Positions 42,612 to 52,154 of a stretch of 64,000 nt of DNA are shown here, piece by piece. Origin of the DNA: Eledone cirrhosa. Taxonomy: Eukaryota. Location: assembly GCA_964016885.1 (NCBI GenBank), contig OZ024747.1:25730001-25794000 (forward strand). The letters are read 5' to 3'. A program made the translations under genes and the position numbers. Numbering within the stretch: position 1 is the stretch's first letter; each line of letters opens with the position of its first letter. Under the pieces are notes generated by a model, which did not search any database, was not told the DNA's origin, and saw only the letters and a program-made list of their open reading frames with translations.

Positions 42612-45328
42612 AAAATATATATATATATATATATAGTATTAGTTATACTATTTATGGTTATGTAAATACAAAACCTTATGCAGTTATAAGTATTTTTTAT
42701 ACACACCCTAAATAGTGGTAGGCAGTAATCTATTACTACCTTATTACCAGTAAGTTAAGTAGCTCAATGTAAAAACATCAGATGATTTACAGAGCAGTTA
42801 TATGAAATATAAGAATCAAAGAACTGTTCAAAACATTATTGTGCTTACAGCTGTTTCCTCCAAACCGAGGTTTGGATTCTTCGGAGCAATTTATTAATGA
42901 ATGGACAGTTATATGACCTCCTTTTCAGCCAAGAGACATACCGATACATATGCAAACATTGTGGGTCAACATTCATTACAGAATTTAGAGTGGCAGTACA
43001 CACTTCGAGATTACATTTATATTAAGAGGTACAATCAAAAATCAAAAATACAGGTTAAAATACAACGTGAAGATAAGCGGTTATATAGTGCAAATGTTAT
43101 ATGTGTGGCAAGCATGTGCGTCTTGTTTATATAGTGTGGCAGAGAGATATGTGTGGTAGAGGCACTTAGGTAGGTAAACAAGAGTGTTAGGTTGGTAGAT
43201 CTGGTGGCAAATTCTTTATATGATTGATATAGTCCGTGTGTGGAGAAATGTTATAAGCATTAAAAATAGTGCAAGCATTAAAAGTGTTAAAAGTATTGGA
43301 GATGCACAGCGAAGGGATGTCAAGTATTTCATGTACTTCGACATTTTCATGGTCAGGGGAGTGTATTTTTCGATTATATGCCCCTCACATAATCCACGAC
43401 AATTCGATATTGAGCGTTTGACAATCCAGTTAGAGAATCGTAGTCTGATGTTCTTTAGTTCAAAACAGGAGGCTGTTACGTTTCGAGAAACGACATTGAA
43501 TACCACCCGGAAGTGTGTGTGTGGCTAAGGGGAGTTAATGCATGCGGGGAGGTAACTCCGGGGTTTCTATACCTAGCTATTAAAATGTGTCACAATATAG
43601 ACCCTAATTTCTATGGTGATGCGCATCCTCCAAAAAATTTTTAAAGCATAAAGTGTATTAACTATAGAGTAGTTTAATTAAGTTATGCTGAAGGTGTTCA
43701 TATTATTATGGTGGATTAACCCCCATCGTAAGGTGCCACAAATGGATATTATAGATGATGAGCGAGGATTCTAAATTAATGATCTCTGTGGTTGTAGTCT
43801 ACTCATAGGACCAGGCGCGGTGATTGCAGGATTGCTTCAGGACCCAATGATCTCTGGTAAGTTCTGGGTCATCGCTTGCTACATTGGATGTCGAAAGATA
43901 ATCATCTCCAGGCCGGCCAGAGGTCAATCCGCAGTCCTCACGACCCCTCTCTGACCGCCAGATCATCCATATATGTACAACCCGCACGCCAGTTGCAATG
44001 CATTCATTCTCTGCACTCAGCATCCTGGTCCTACTGCTCAACTGCGTTACTAGATTAAATCGTTTTTCATCTGTCTATATATAAATATATATATATATTT
44101 ATATATATATACATATACACACACACACACACACATAGTGTATGTGATTAAGACACCTTATTCTACATTGCTCCAGTCAACTCAGCTGTTAAAAAGGAGT
44201 TAGGTATGTAATTCAATGAGCCAGCCTTGTCACATACTGTGTCACATACTGTGTCACATACTGTGTCACATACTGTGTCACATACTGTGTCACATACTGT
44301 GTCACATACTGTGTCACATACTGTGTCACATACTGTGTCACATACTGTGTCACATACGGTGTCACATACTGTGTCACATTGAATCTCCTTGATAGTCGTT
44401 GTTTGAACCAACAGAGGTAACACATGCAACACTGTACATGAGTATATGTGTGTGTCTGTGTGTCCATGTATGTGAGTGTCCATGTGCATATGTATGTATG
44501 CATGTAAATGTGCATGTGCATATATGTGCATGTGTTTGTGCATGTATATGCATGTGTGTGTCTTCATGTCTAAGTGTGAGTGTATGCATGTGTATGTTTG
44601 CGCATGTATATGTATGTGCATGTGTATGTATGTTCATGTGTGTGTGTGTGTGTGTGTGTGTGGGTATGTGTGTGTGTACATGTGTATGTGTGGGTATATG
44701 TGTGTGTGTGTGTGTGTGCGTATGTGTATTTGTGCATGCGTGTGTGTATGGTGTGCATGTATTTCTGCATGTGTTTATATTATGTGTTTATAATACATGA
44801 TACCGACTACTTTTGTGCTAACATGTAAGCTTCTTCTGAGATAAATCTGTGATTTCGTTTCAATTCTCTGAAATATTACATTAAATTCTCCACAGGAATG
44901 ATTCTCAGTATTTGTTTAAGAAGAATGTTGAATTATTTATGTATTGCAAGTCTTGTCATGTCGGGCTGACCTCATCTTCTCACCATCATCATATCTTCTC
45001 ATCTTCCTATCACATCCTCTTTCATTTTGTATTCTCTTAACAAATCTAATCCTCAAATTTGAATAAACCAATATATACATGCTTCAATTGCTGCACGTGT
45101 TTCTGTTCCACCCTTTTCTGTCATCAGTTGTATTTTACTTGACTTATTCAACTATTATTTATAGTTATCTTCATTGTGGTGGCTTCCCTAAAAAGCAAAT
45201 ATATTTTCAAGTGCACATGTATATATATATATATATATAATATATATATATTATATTTTAATCTATCTATCTATATATATATATTATATTTTAATCTATC
45301 TATCTATCTATATATATATATTATATTT

Positions 45329-45359
<31 letters not shown>

Positions 45360-46111
45360 AATATATATATATATATATCATCATCATCGTCATTTTACAT
45401 CCGCTTTTCCTTATATTATATTATATGTGTGTATATATATATATGTGTGTGTGTATATTATATTATATGTATATATATTATATTATATATATATATGTAT
45501 ATTATATTATATATATATATGTATATTATATTATATATATATGTATATTATATGTATATTATATATGTATATTATATATATATGTATATTATATATATAT
45601 GTATATTATATGTATATTATATAATATATATATTATATTATATATATATATGTATATTATATGTATATTATATAATATATATATTATATTATATATATAT
45701 ATGTATATTATATTATATTATATATATATATTATATTATATTACTTTCATCCTTATGGGATCGATAAAATAAAGTACCAGTGATGCACTGGGTAATTGCT
45801 GGCCTTGTGCGTAAAGTAGAAACAATTATATTATATATATATATTATATTATATATATAATATAATATATATATATTATATTATATATATATATTATACA
45901 TATATATTATATTATATATATTATATTATATATATATATTATATTATATATATATATTATATTATATATAATATATATATATTACGGAGGTCGATAAAAT
46001 AAAGTACCAGTAATGCACTGGGTAATTGCTGGCCTTGTGCCTAAAGTAGAAACAATTATATATATATATATATATTATATATATATATATATATATTATA
46101 TAATATTATAT

Positions 46112-46147
<36 letters not shown>

Positions 46148-46312
46148 ATATTATATTATATATATATTATATTATATATATATATATTATATTATATATA
46201 TATTATTATATATATATATAATTATATTATATATATATATATATATATATTATAATATTATATATTATAATTATATATATATATATTATATATTATATAT
46301 ATATTATATTAT

Positions 46313-46389
<77 letters not shown>

Positions 46390-46446
46390 TATTATATATA
46401 TATATTATATATATATAATATAATATATATATATATATAATATAAT

Positions 46447-46488
<42 letters not shown>

Positions 46489-46519
46489 ATATATATATTA
46501 TATTATATAATATAATATA

Positions 46520-46569
<50 letters not shown>

Positions 46570-46928
46570 TATATATATAATATATTATATATATATATAT
46601 TATATTATATATATATATATTATATATAATATATATATATATATATTATATATATATATATATTATATATATATTATATATAATTATATATATAAACAAA
46701 GAAAGTGTGGTAAGGAAGCGGGTGGACCATAACGCACCAGAGTACTCAATACTTGGGTAGTAGAGTGGGTAATAGGAAAATGTTCAAGAGAGATAGGGTC
46801 TTGAACATTTTCCTATTCCAACTCTACTACCCAAAGTGTTGAGTACTCTGGTGCGTTATGGTCCACCCGGTTCCTTACCACACATTCTTCGTTATATATA
46901 TATATATATATACACACATATATATGTA

Positions 46929-46960
<32 letters not shown>

Positions 46961-47149
46961 TCCCTCTCTCTCTATATATATATATATATAAATTAATAAA
47001 AACAATGAATAAAAACAAAGAACAAGTTCCTTATATTAAAAAATTCATCATTTTACGATCGTTTCTTGGATATATATGTGTGTGTTGGTATGTATATCAT
47101 ATAGATCTATGTAAAAATATTACAAACTATATATATGTTGTCTTCAGAA

Positions 47150-47181
<32 letters not shown>

Positions 47182-47226
47182 AGATCAAAAGATGGTTAAA
47201 AGAGTTCCATAAAACTCACCTCCTAC

Positions 47227-47285
<59 letters not shown>

Positions 47286-49524
47286 GTTGTATCAGTCATT
47301 GGGTATGGCCCCATCCTATATTACTTGATTGACTATGTGGGCGACTAGTTCAACTCCTACTTCCCCAGATTCCTATTCCACCTATCCCTTTGTCATTACC
47401 TTCCCATCTATGTTGCTTGCCTGTGAGAAGTCTTGCAGAGCTTCCTCACCAATATAATTTTTTTTCCATGGAGTATTTTTTAAGGAGATTCTGTTTTTCT
47501 TTTCTGTCAGGTGCTAGAAGCTGAGGATCTTAACCAAGATGTTAGATTCCAAAGCAACAAGAACAGAGTCACTAATCGGGATATTCTTGTCAAAAGACTT
47601 TCAGAAATGTAAGTAGTAATGCTTGTCTTGATTGATGACTGCGCTGGTATATTTTTTCTTTAAGTTTCCCTCTAATCATTCAAACTGATCTACAGAGTTC
47701 TACTCTAGAATTCTCTCTCTCATCTATCTGTTCAAACTGGCTGCTCATACTGATGTTAAGGTATTGTTCTCAAAATAAATAATATGAAAATCTCATAGAT
47801 TCTATGTTATGTGAGATAATTATGTGAGGTAAAGCCTTTACCATGAAAATATAATAATAAATGTAGAGTAATGTAAATGCTAAAGAGTTATGCTTGAATA
47901 AACTAATAGTTATGTTAGTACAGGTTATGTAATCATACTCATCATGGGGTTCTTTCTCGAGGCATTGTTTTATGGTTGGATGTTCTTTCACGTGGCAATC
48001 CATTTAGTTACCTCATACATGTAGAGATATAGTGTACTTTATTTTAAACCAGATATACATAGTATGAAAGTGACTGGATGAGAGGGGTGTGGAAAGAAGT
48101 AGAAGAAGAGGAAGACTGAAAAAGATGGCCAGGGGTTGATGAAATGGAGGGATGCAAAGGATAAGGCAAAATAGAAATGCTTGTCATGGGGAGAATGGCT
48201 TTAAAATGAATATTGTGTTAGAATAGTCATAATTTGAACTTGAAATTTTAAGTAGTCATACATTTGTTGTTGTTTTTGTTGTTTAGCTCCAGTTTCCATC
48301 TATCAAATATTATTCATGTAATATGGTAGATGACACTTTCTTAAGAAGCCAGCAGTCGGATTGAACTCAGAACCACATGGTTGTGAAGCAAACTTCTTAA
48401 CTAGAGCCATGCTAACACTCCAATTACAAAATGTTTTCTTTATATTCTGACAGAAAAAGGAAATATTATGGTTTTACATTATGAAACCTAACTTATGTTA
48501 AGTTTCATAATGTAAAACCAGCTGATATGTTTTGTATATCAAAAGCAGCACTGTATTAAGTCTTTTACAAAAGCTGGAAAGGCACTCAGACATTGTGTTT
48601 TTAAATATATATACTATTCTTTGGTGTCTAAGGACACATTTTCACCACCAAAATCTGGCATCGAAATCCTACCAAATCAAAAATATTAAATACTATGATT
48701 ATTTTTTCCAATTTCTTTTCTCCAAAATGAGAATGCAACATATATTTCCCCAATTATGGTAGATCATAATATGGAAGTAGAATTAGTTTGCAGTATGTAT
48801 TAAACTAAAGACTGGTTTTCTTTTATCTAACAGTTTTTCAAAGGAAAGTACTGAATTTTGGCTGGAGAAGATGGAGGGTTGTAACTTCTCTTATGGTCCA
48901 ATAAATAATCTAAACCAGGTGTTTAAGGACCAACAGGTCAGTAACATGTGAATATATTTTATTGTTAGATCTGAGGAACAGGGTCACACTTAAGATCCTG
49001 TACCACATGAAATCTCATTAACAAGATATTCTTGAAAAGTATAAACTAGCAGTATGATTGCTTCACATTAAAATATTAATAATAACATTTTTATAACTAT
49101 CTGTCTACCTGTAAAACTACTATAAACATTTGACTTAAACTCGTTTTTAGATATTTTTGCTGAATTAATTCTATTGTTACTTTTTCTTATTTCAAAGGTG
49201 AAAGCTTGTGGATTAATTCAGGAAATTGACCATCCTTCTATTGGGAAAATTCGCTTGCCTGGTAAGCCCACCATATCTATTGAGACTTTTCTTTTATTCA
49301 AATGAAAGTTTGATATAAATATTTAACATATTTTGTGTTTCATTCCAGCTCCAGCAGTACAATATAATTCTGAAGAAGATGAACTTGATAAACCAATAGC
49401 CCCTCCTCTTTTAGGACAGCATACAAAAGAGATCTTGAGAAACATTTTACATATCAGCCAGGAAAATATCGAGAGTTTACGATCTAGAGGGATCGTGGAA
49501 TGTGCTGCTTCGATGGTTAAATAA
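10171..49524 (+). CDS. SUGCT: Succinate--hydroxymethylglutarate CoA-transferase (CaiB/BaiF class III CoA-transferase), 14 coding exons, 445 aa
   Basis: Exons 10171-10261, 23182-23251, 29527-29600, 30653-30738, 31193-31243, 33246-33366, 34961-35052, 35914-36057, 37140-37235, 38411-38482, 47511-47608, 48834-48936, 49198-49261, 49349-49524 join in frame (1338 nt), all GT-AG. Family motifs [54 protein letters not shown] (catalytic Asp), PPLLGQHT. Confidence 0.95.
10884..12385. mobile_element. Cluster of about 190-bp tRNA-derived SINEs (three + copies, one - copy)
   Basis: TGGCAGTATCGG A box, GAGTTCAAATCCC B box, GCCTTTCATCCTTACGGGGTCGATAAAATAAAGTACCAG core. Confidence 0.85.
13599..13686 (+). mobile_element. 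Second CRE-like C-terminal remnant
   Basis: Reads [20 protein letters not shown], the same terminal motif as 8445-8940. Confidence 0.55.
14130..14945 (+). mobile_element. Decayed Ingi/Vingi-like LINE 3' part
   Basis: [20 protein letters not shown] and a C-terminal CECG..QT..H zinc-knuckle remnant. Confidence 0.7.
16152..16451 (+). mobile_element. hAT (Charlie-like) MITE inserted in a SINE
   Basis: TIRs CAACGGTCGCCAA / TTGGTGACCGCTG; perfect 8-bp TSD AACTAAAG at 16144-16151 and 16452-16459. Confidence 0.85.
17209..19327 (+). mobile_element. 5'-truncated RTE-clade LINE with frameshifts
   Basis: [41 protein letters not shown], Cys-rich insert, [17 protein letters not shown]; (GAT)n tail 19308-19327. 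Confidence 0.95.
19417..20330 (+). mobile_element. Non-coding retrozyme-like element, about 700-bp unit with a 210-bp terminal direct repeat
   Basis: 19418-19630 is repeated at 20119-20330; hammerhead at 20028-20154; TA-rich tracts on both sides. Confidence 0.75.
20028..20154 (+). ncRNA. Type I hammerhead ribozyme with a branched stem II
   Basis: CCCA-CTGATGA-ATTATAGGA..TCCTATGAT-GAAA-CG(AGACGTC)CG-TC^TGGG. Confidence 0.85.
20407..20490 (+). ncRNA. Type I hammerhead ribozyme
   Basis: ACCTT-CTGACGA-GAATCT..GGATTC-GAAA-CC(GATC)GG-TA^AAGGT, inside a 210-bp insert bounded by (TA)n. Confidence 0.88.
22523..22860 (-). mobile_element. tRNA-derived SINE with an RTE-derived 3' tail
   Basis: A/B-box-like head near 22790-22860; tail matches the RTE end at 19269-19320, including (GAT)n. 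Confidence 0.7.
23182..23251 (+). CDS. SUGCT: SUGCT exon 2
   Basis: ttttacag acceptor; [23 protein letters not shown]; gtaact donor. Confidence 0.9.
27540..27760 (-). mobile_element. R4/Dong-like RLE C-terminal remnant
   Basis: MWHLK...[20 protein letters not shown]. Confidence 0.65.
28570..29020. repeat. (GTG/GTA)n tract followed by its (CAC/TAC)n complement
   Basis: Direct reading; explains the poly-Val and poly-Pro ORFs. Confidence 0.85.
29527..29600 (+). CDS. SUGCT: SUGCT exon 3
   Basis: [25 protein letters not shown]; ag acceptor, gtaagt donor. Confidence 0.95.
30653..30738 (+). CDS. SUGCT: SUGCT exon 4
   Basis: [28 protein letters not shown]; cag acceptor, gttagt donor. Confidence 0.95.
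30745..31140 (+). repeat. About 85-bp tandem repeat x4 filling intron 4
   Basis: Recurring TCTTTGTGAATCTTTGTATCTATATCTCTCTCA unit. Confidence 0.9.
31193..31243 (+). CDS. SUGCT: SUGCT exon 5
   Basis: [17 protein letters not shown]; cag acceptor, gtagcg donor. Confidence 0.93.
31312..31531 (+). mobile_element. piggyBac-type MITE; more copies at 32891-33103 (+), about 33797-34009 (-) and about 47666-47890 (-)
   Basis: TTAA-CCCTTTAACATT...ACATTAAAGGG-TTAA, with a shared internal sequence. Confidence 0.8.
33246..33366 (+). CDS. SUGCT: SUGCT exon 6
   Basis: [41 protein letters not shown]; cag acceptor, gtaagt donor. Confidence 0.95.
34961..35052 (+). CDS. SUGCT: SUGCT exon 7
   Basis: [30 protein letters not shown]; cag acceptor, gtaaga donor. 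Confidence 0.95.
35914..36057 (+). CDS. SUGCT: SUGCT exon 8 (catalytic Asp)
   Basis: [48 protein letters not shown]; aag acceptor, gtaagt donor. Confidence 0.95.
37140..37235 (+). CDS. SUGCT: SUGCT exon 9
   Basis: [32 protein letters not shown]; tag acceptor, gtaagt donor. Confidence 0.95.
37430..37850 (+). mobile_element. Old RTE 3' remnant with internal tandem duplications
   Basis: Repeated [15 protein letters not shown] segments, then a GRG..KT-like motif. Confidence 0.55.
38411..38482 (+). CDS. SUGCT: SUGCT exon 10
   Basis: [24 protein letters not shown]; tag acceptor, gtaagt donor. Confidence 0.95.
38523..39187. mobile_element. (TA)n-flanked foldback element with arms of about 250 bp
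   Basis: 38609-38858 is the reverse complement of 38939-39187; each arm holds a hammerhead core. Confidence 0.85.
39083..39137 (+). ncRNA. Minimal hammerhead; mirror copy on the minus strand at 38659-38713
   Basis: TGT-CTGATGA-AGGCATACCA..TGGTATCCCT-GAAA-TATGTA-TA^ATG. Confidence 0.6.
39289..40103 (-). mobile_element. Retrozyme-like element related to 19417-20330
   Basis: Shared blocks (CCTAATGTTTGTTGAGTGAG, AATAATAC, CACCCCAA); 130-bp direct repeat at 39553 and 39973; (TA)n on both sides. Confidence 0.75.
39470..39594 (-). ncRNA. Type I hammerhead with a branched stem II
   Basis: Minus strand TTCCA-CTGAAGA-TTTATAAG..CTTATAAT-GAAA-CAATTG-TT^TGGAA. Confidence 0.8.
40167..40205 (+). ncRNA. 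Minimal hammerhead with a degenerate stem III
   Basis: TGAAC-CTGAAGA-TTGC(GAAA)GCAT-GAAA-TTACTT^GTTCA; 5-bp stem I. Confidence 0.55.
40341..41790 (-). mobile_element. 5'-truncated RTE LINE
   Basis: [31 protein letters not shown]; (TGA)n tail at 40341-40354. Confidence 0.92.
41822..42284. mobile_element. (TA)n-flanked foldback element with arms of about 105 bp
   Basis: 41897-42000 is the reverse complement of 42181-42284. Confidence 0.75.
42842..42888 (-). ncRNA. Minimal hammerhead (U4C variant)
   Basis: Minus strand TGCT-CCGAAGA-ATCCAAACC..GGTTTGGAG-GAAA-CAGCTG-TA^AGCA. Confidence 0.75.
44229..44378 (+). repeat. 12-bp minisatellite (TGTCACATACTG) x about 12, inside a SINE
   Basis: Direct reading. 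Confidence 0.95.
45360..46694. repeat. Long degenerate (TA)n/(TATTA)n tract with two SINE tail fragments
   Basis: Direct reading. Confidence 0.9.
46695..46893. mobile_element. Head-to-head pair of 3' ends of the 6472-6665 family
   Basis: Imperfect inverted arms of about 94 bp containing GAGTACTCTGGTGCGTTATGGTCCACC; (TA)n on both sides. Confidence 0.8.
47511..47608 (+). CDS. SUGCT: SUGCT exon 11
   Basis: [32 protein letters not shown]; cag acceptor, gtaagt donor. Confidence 0.93.
48834..48936 (+). CDS. SUGCT: SUGCT exon 12
   Basis: [34 protein letters not shown]; cag acceptor, gtcagt donor. Confidence 0.93.
49198..49261 (+). CDS. SUGCT: SUGCT exon 13
   Basis: [21 protein letters not shown]; aag acceptor, gtaagc donor. 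Confidence 0.93.
49349..49524 (+). CDS. SUGCT: SUGCT exon 14 (stop codon)
   Basis: [57 protein letters not shown]. Confidence 0.93.
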
Positions 49525-49551
49525 CATTTAGAGATTAGATTATGTCTAAAC

Positions 49552-49825
49552 CAGTACTTCCCAGCCTTTTTACTATTAAGGACATCTTTTATTTAAATGA
49601 ACATCCCTATTGATATCCCATTACAATTACTCCCCTCCCAGATTGTTATACAGTGAAAATAACAACCAAAAGAGAGAAATGTTTCTTGTATACTTAGAGA
49701 AGAATAGATACCCAATGATTTGTGTATATTATGTTTGTAACGAAGTACTTCAAAATTTGAATTTAGCTCCTAAAACTACCTTTTCAAACCCCAAAGGTCC
49801 ATGGACACCAGGTTGGGAACCACTG
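49552..49825 (+). mobile_element. Old hAT/Charlie-like MITE in the SUGCT 3' UTR region
   Basis: CAGTACTTCCCAGCCT / AGGTTGGGAACCACTG; degenerate TSD GTCTAAAC / GTCTTAAG. Confidence 0.65.
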
Positions 49826-50231
49826 GTCTTAAGAATAGATTATATCCCAATAAGTGTGCTCATATGACTAGAGATTGACCTGGATTTAGAATCTTATATT
49901 TGTTTGTATAGAACTCTGAATATAGAATTTTGGTACAATCCTTTTTTTTACTTTGTGTATAATTCTGGTCAATAGTATAATAATCAGAATATGATATATG
50001 GAAAGATAAACTGAAGATGCCCCAATGATAAATGGAGAGACCAGATGTTAAAATGGTTACAATGTCAAACATGGCAGATAATGAATTAATGGAAGAAATA
50101 TGTTCATGATGTTTCATATTCTGTTGTAAATGGAAATAATGATTAAAAAAAAAAAAAAAAAAGATCTAGCCGTAAGCTTAGCTCTTTCTACATATTTAGA
50201 TCTTCTGTGATATGTAAATAATCTTTGTATA

Positions 50232-50310
50232 CAGGGTGTCCCTCAAAACTGTATACACATATTTATTAGAATGCTGTTGAAGTGTGTATTCATTTTTTTG
50301 GGACACCCTG
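50232..50310. mobile_element. 79-bp Tc1/mariner-type MITE
   Basis: TA-CAGGGTGTCCC...GGGACACCCTG-TA. Confidence 0.8.
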
Positions 50311-50476
50311 TATTTACTCAAAAGCATACCAAAATATGAAATGTATGACCAAGGCATGGTTTCCAAACAATCAATCTTTTCTCATACTGTGACAACCCTG
50401 CCAACCCATGCTAGCAAGGAACATTAATTTAATAATGATTATACTGATGAGGATGATACTATATGATTACTTTTAC

Positions 50477-50482
50477 AATAAA
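50477..50482 (+). promoter_or_regulatory. Candidate SUGCT polyadenylation signal
   Basis: AATAAA about 950 nt after the stop, followed by T/GT-rich sequence. Confidence 0.35.
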
Positions 50483-52104
50483 ATTTAATGAATATTATTT
50501 CGAGCTTTAAAAATTCAACATTTCTTTGATTTTCCACTGAGTTTGTGTCATTTTCTCTATATTCTTCATGGTTGAGATATGTAGACTATGTTGAAACAAT
50601 AGCATTATTATTTTGCTCTTTAACTATTTTCAATCATTAGATTGCAACCATGATGGGGCAATTAAGTACTTTGTTTTATAAGCTTGGTTCTTATTTCATA
50701 AATAATTTTTGTCGAACTGCTAAGTTATGGGACATAAACACAAACACATTCATATATATATCATCATCATCGTTTAACGTCTATCTTCCACGCTAGTATA
50801 TACACATATATATGATAGGCTTCTGCACAGTTTCCATCTACCAAATTCTGCTCACAAGGTATGGGTCAACTCAATGATATAGTAGAAGACACTTGCCCAA
50901 GGTAGTGTACAATGGAGATGAATCTGAAACCAAGTGGTTGCAAAGTGAACTCCTTAACCCAACATTGTTATTTTATTATTAAAAAAAAATGATATTGTGA
51001 TGACGCCACAGTATAATGCACATATTACACTTCATAAAGCGGTAGTTTTAACGCCATCATAAAATGCATGCAGAACATTCTGTAAAGTAGTAATGTCGGT
51101 GCCATGATGAAATGCACATAGTACACTCTGTAAGGTAGTTGGCATTAGGAAGAGTATCCAGCTGTAGAAACCATACCAAAAATGGAACATATGAGCAAGA
51201 CAGGGTTCTCACAATCTTGTCCACGTTTAGTAGCCATGAAGCCTCCTATGAAATGCAACCTCATAGGGGCCTGCTAAACCTACATAGGTGTGAGATGTAA
51301 ATTCCATTTCAGTTCATTGTCTATCTGGAAACTGAAGGATCATAACAATCTGGGATTACATGTCTGTCTGTCTGTCTCCATCTCTCTTTCTTTCACACAC
51401 ATACACACACCTGAGAGAGAGAGAGAGAGAGAATTCCAGTGGACTTCAACCAGGCCTTTAACTTAGAAATAAATGAACACATTGTTGCTGGGAGATATAG
51501 TCTGGCTGAATGATTGAATCATAATATATATTTAGAACACACACACACACAACCATCTTTGCACAATCACCTTTACATACACACATCTTTACACACACAC
51601 ACACACACACTGAAATCTTTGGAGATAACAACAACATTGAGCACGTTATTAATTCACATATTTTCAAACGAAGAGAAAATCTTTTAAAATCAACAGTCAA
51701 TATTCAGAGTGTCACTAAGAGTTTCTTTATAGCTTCTAAACTTCACAATAGCTGTTAGTTTAAATCTGCTCAATTTCACAATAGATTAAGAATTTTTACA
51801 TCTATTAACTTTTGTTGTCTGTTTTACGTTTCCAATTAAATCTTCAGATATATTTACTCTGCTTCACAGAACCACAATTCAATATTTTCAATCAAAAATA
51901 AATATGTTGGCAACAATAGTATATGTAGAGGAATTGTTTTTATTATGGCGACCAGTTTTCTATCAGTATAATATATTATTTTGATGTTAACTGAATGTAT
52001 GATGGCGGTATTTTAAGTATATGTATATATATACTTAAAATACCACCATCATACATTTAGTTAACATCATGATGTTAACTGAACATATGATGGTGGTATT
52101 TTAA

Positions 52105-52145
<41 letters not shown>

Positions 52146-52154
<9 letters not shown>

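Noticed and set aside
43216-44041. Minus-strand ORFs upstream of the 42842 hammerhead
   Set aside because: Only a faint resemblance to a decayed PLE endonuclease; not enough to call a product.
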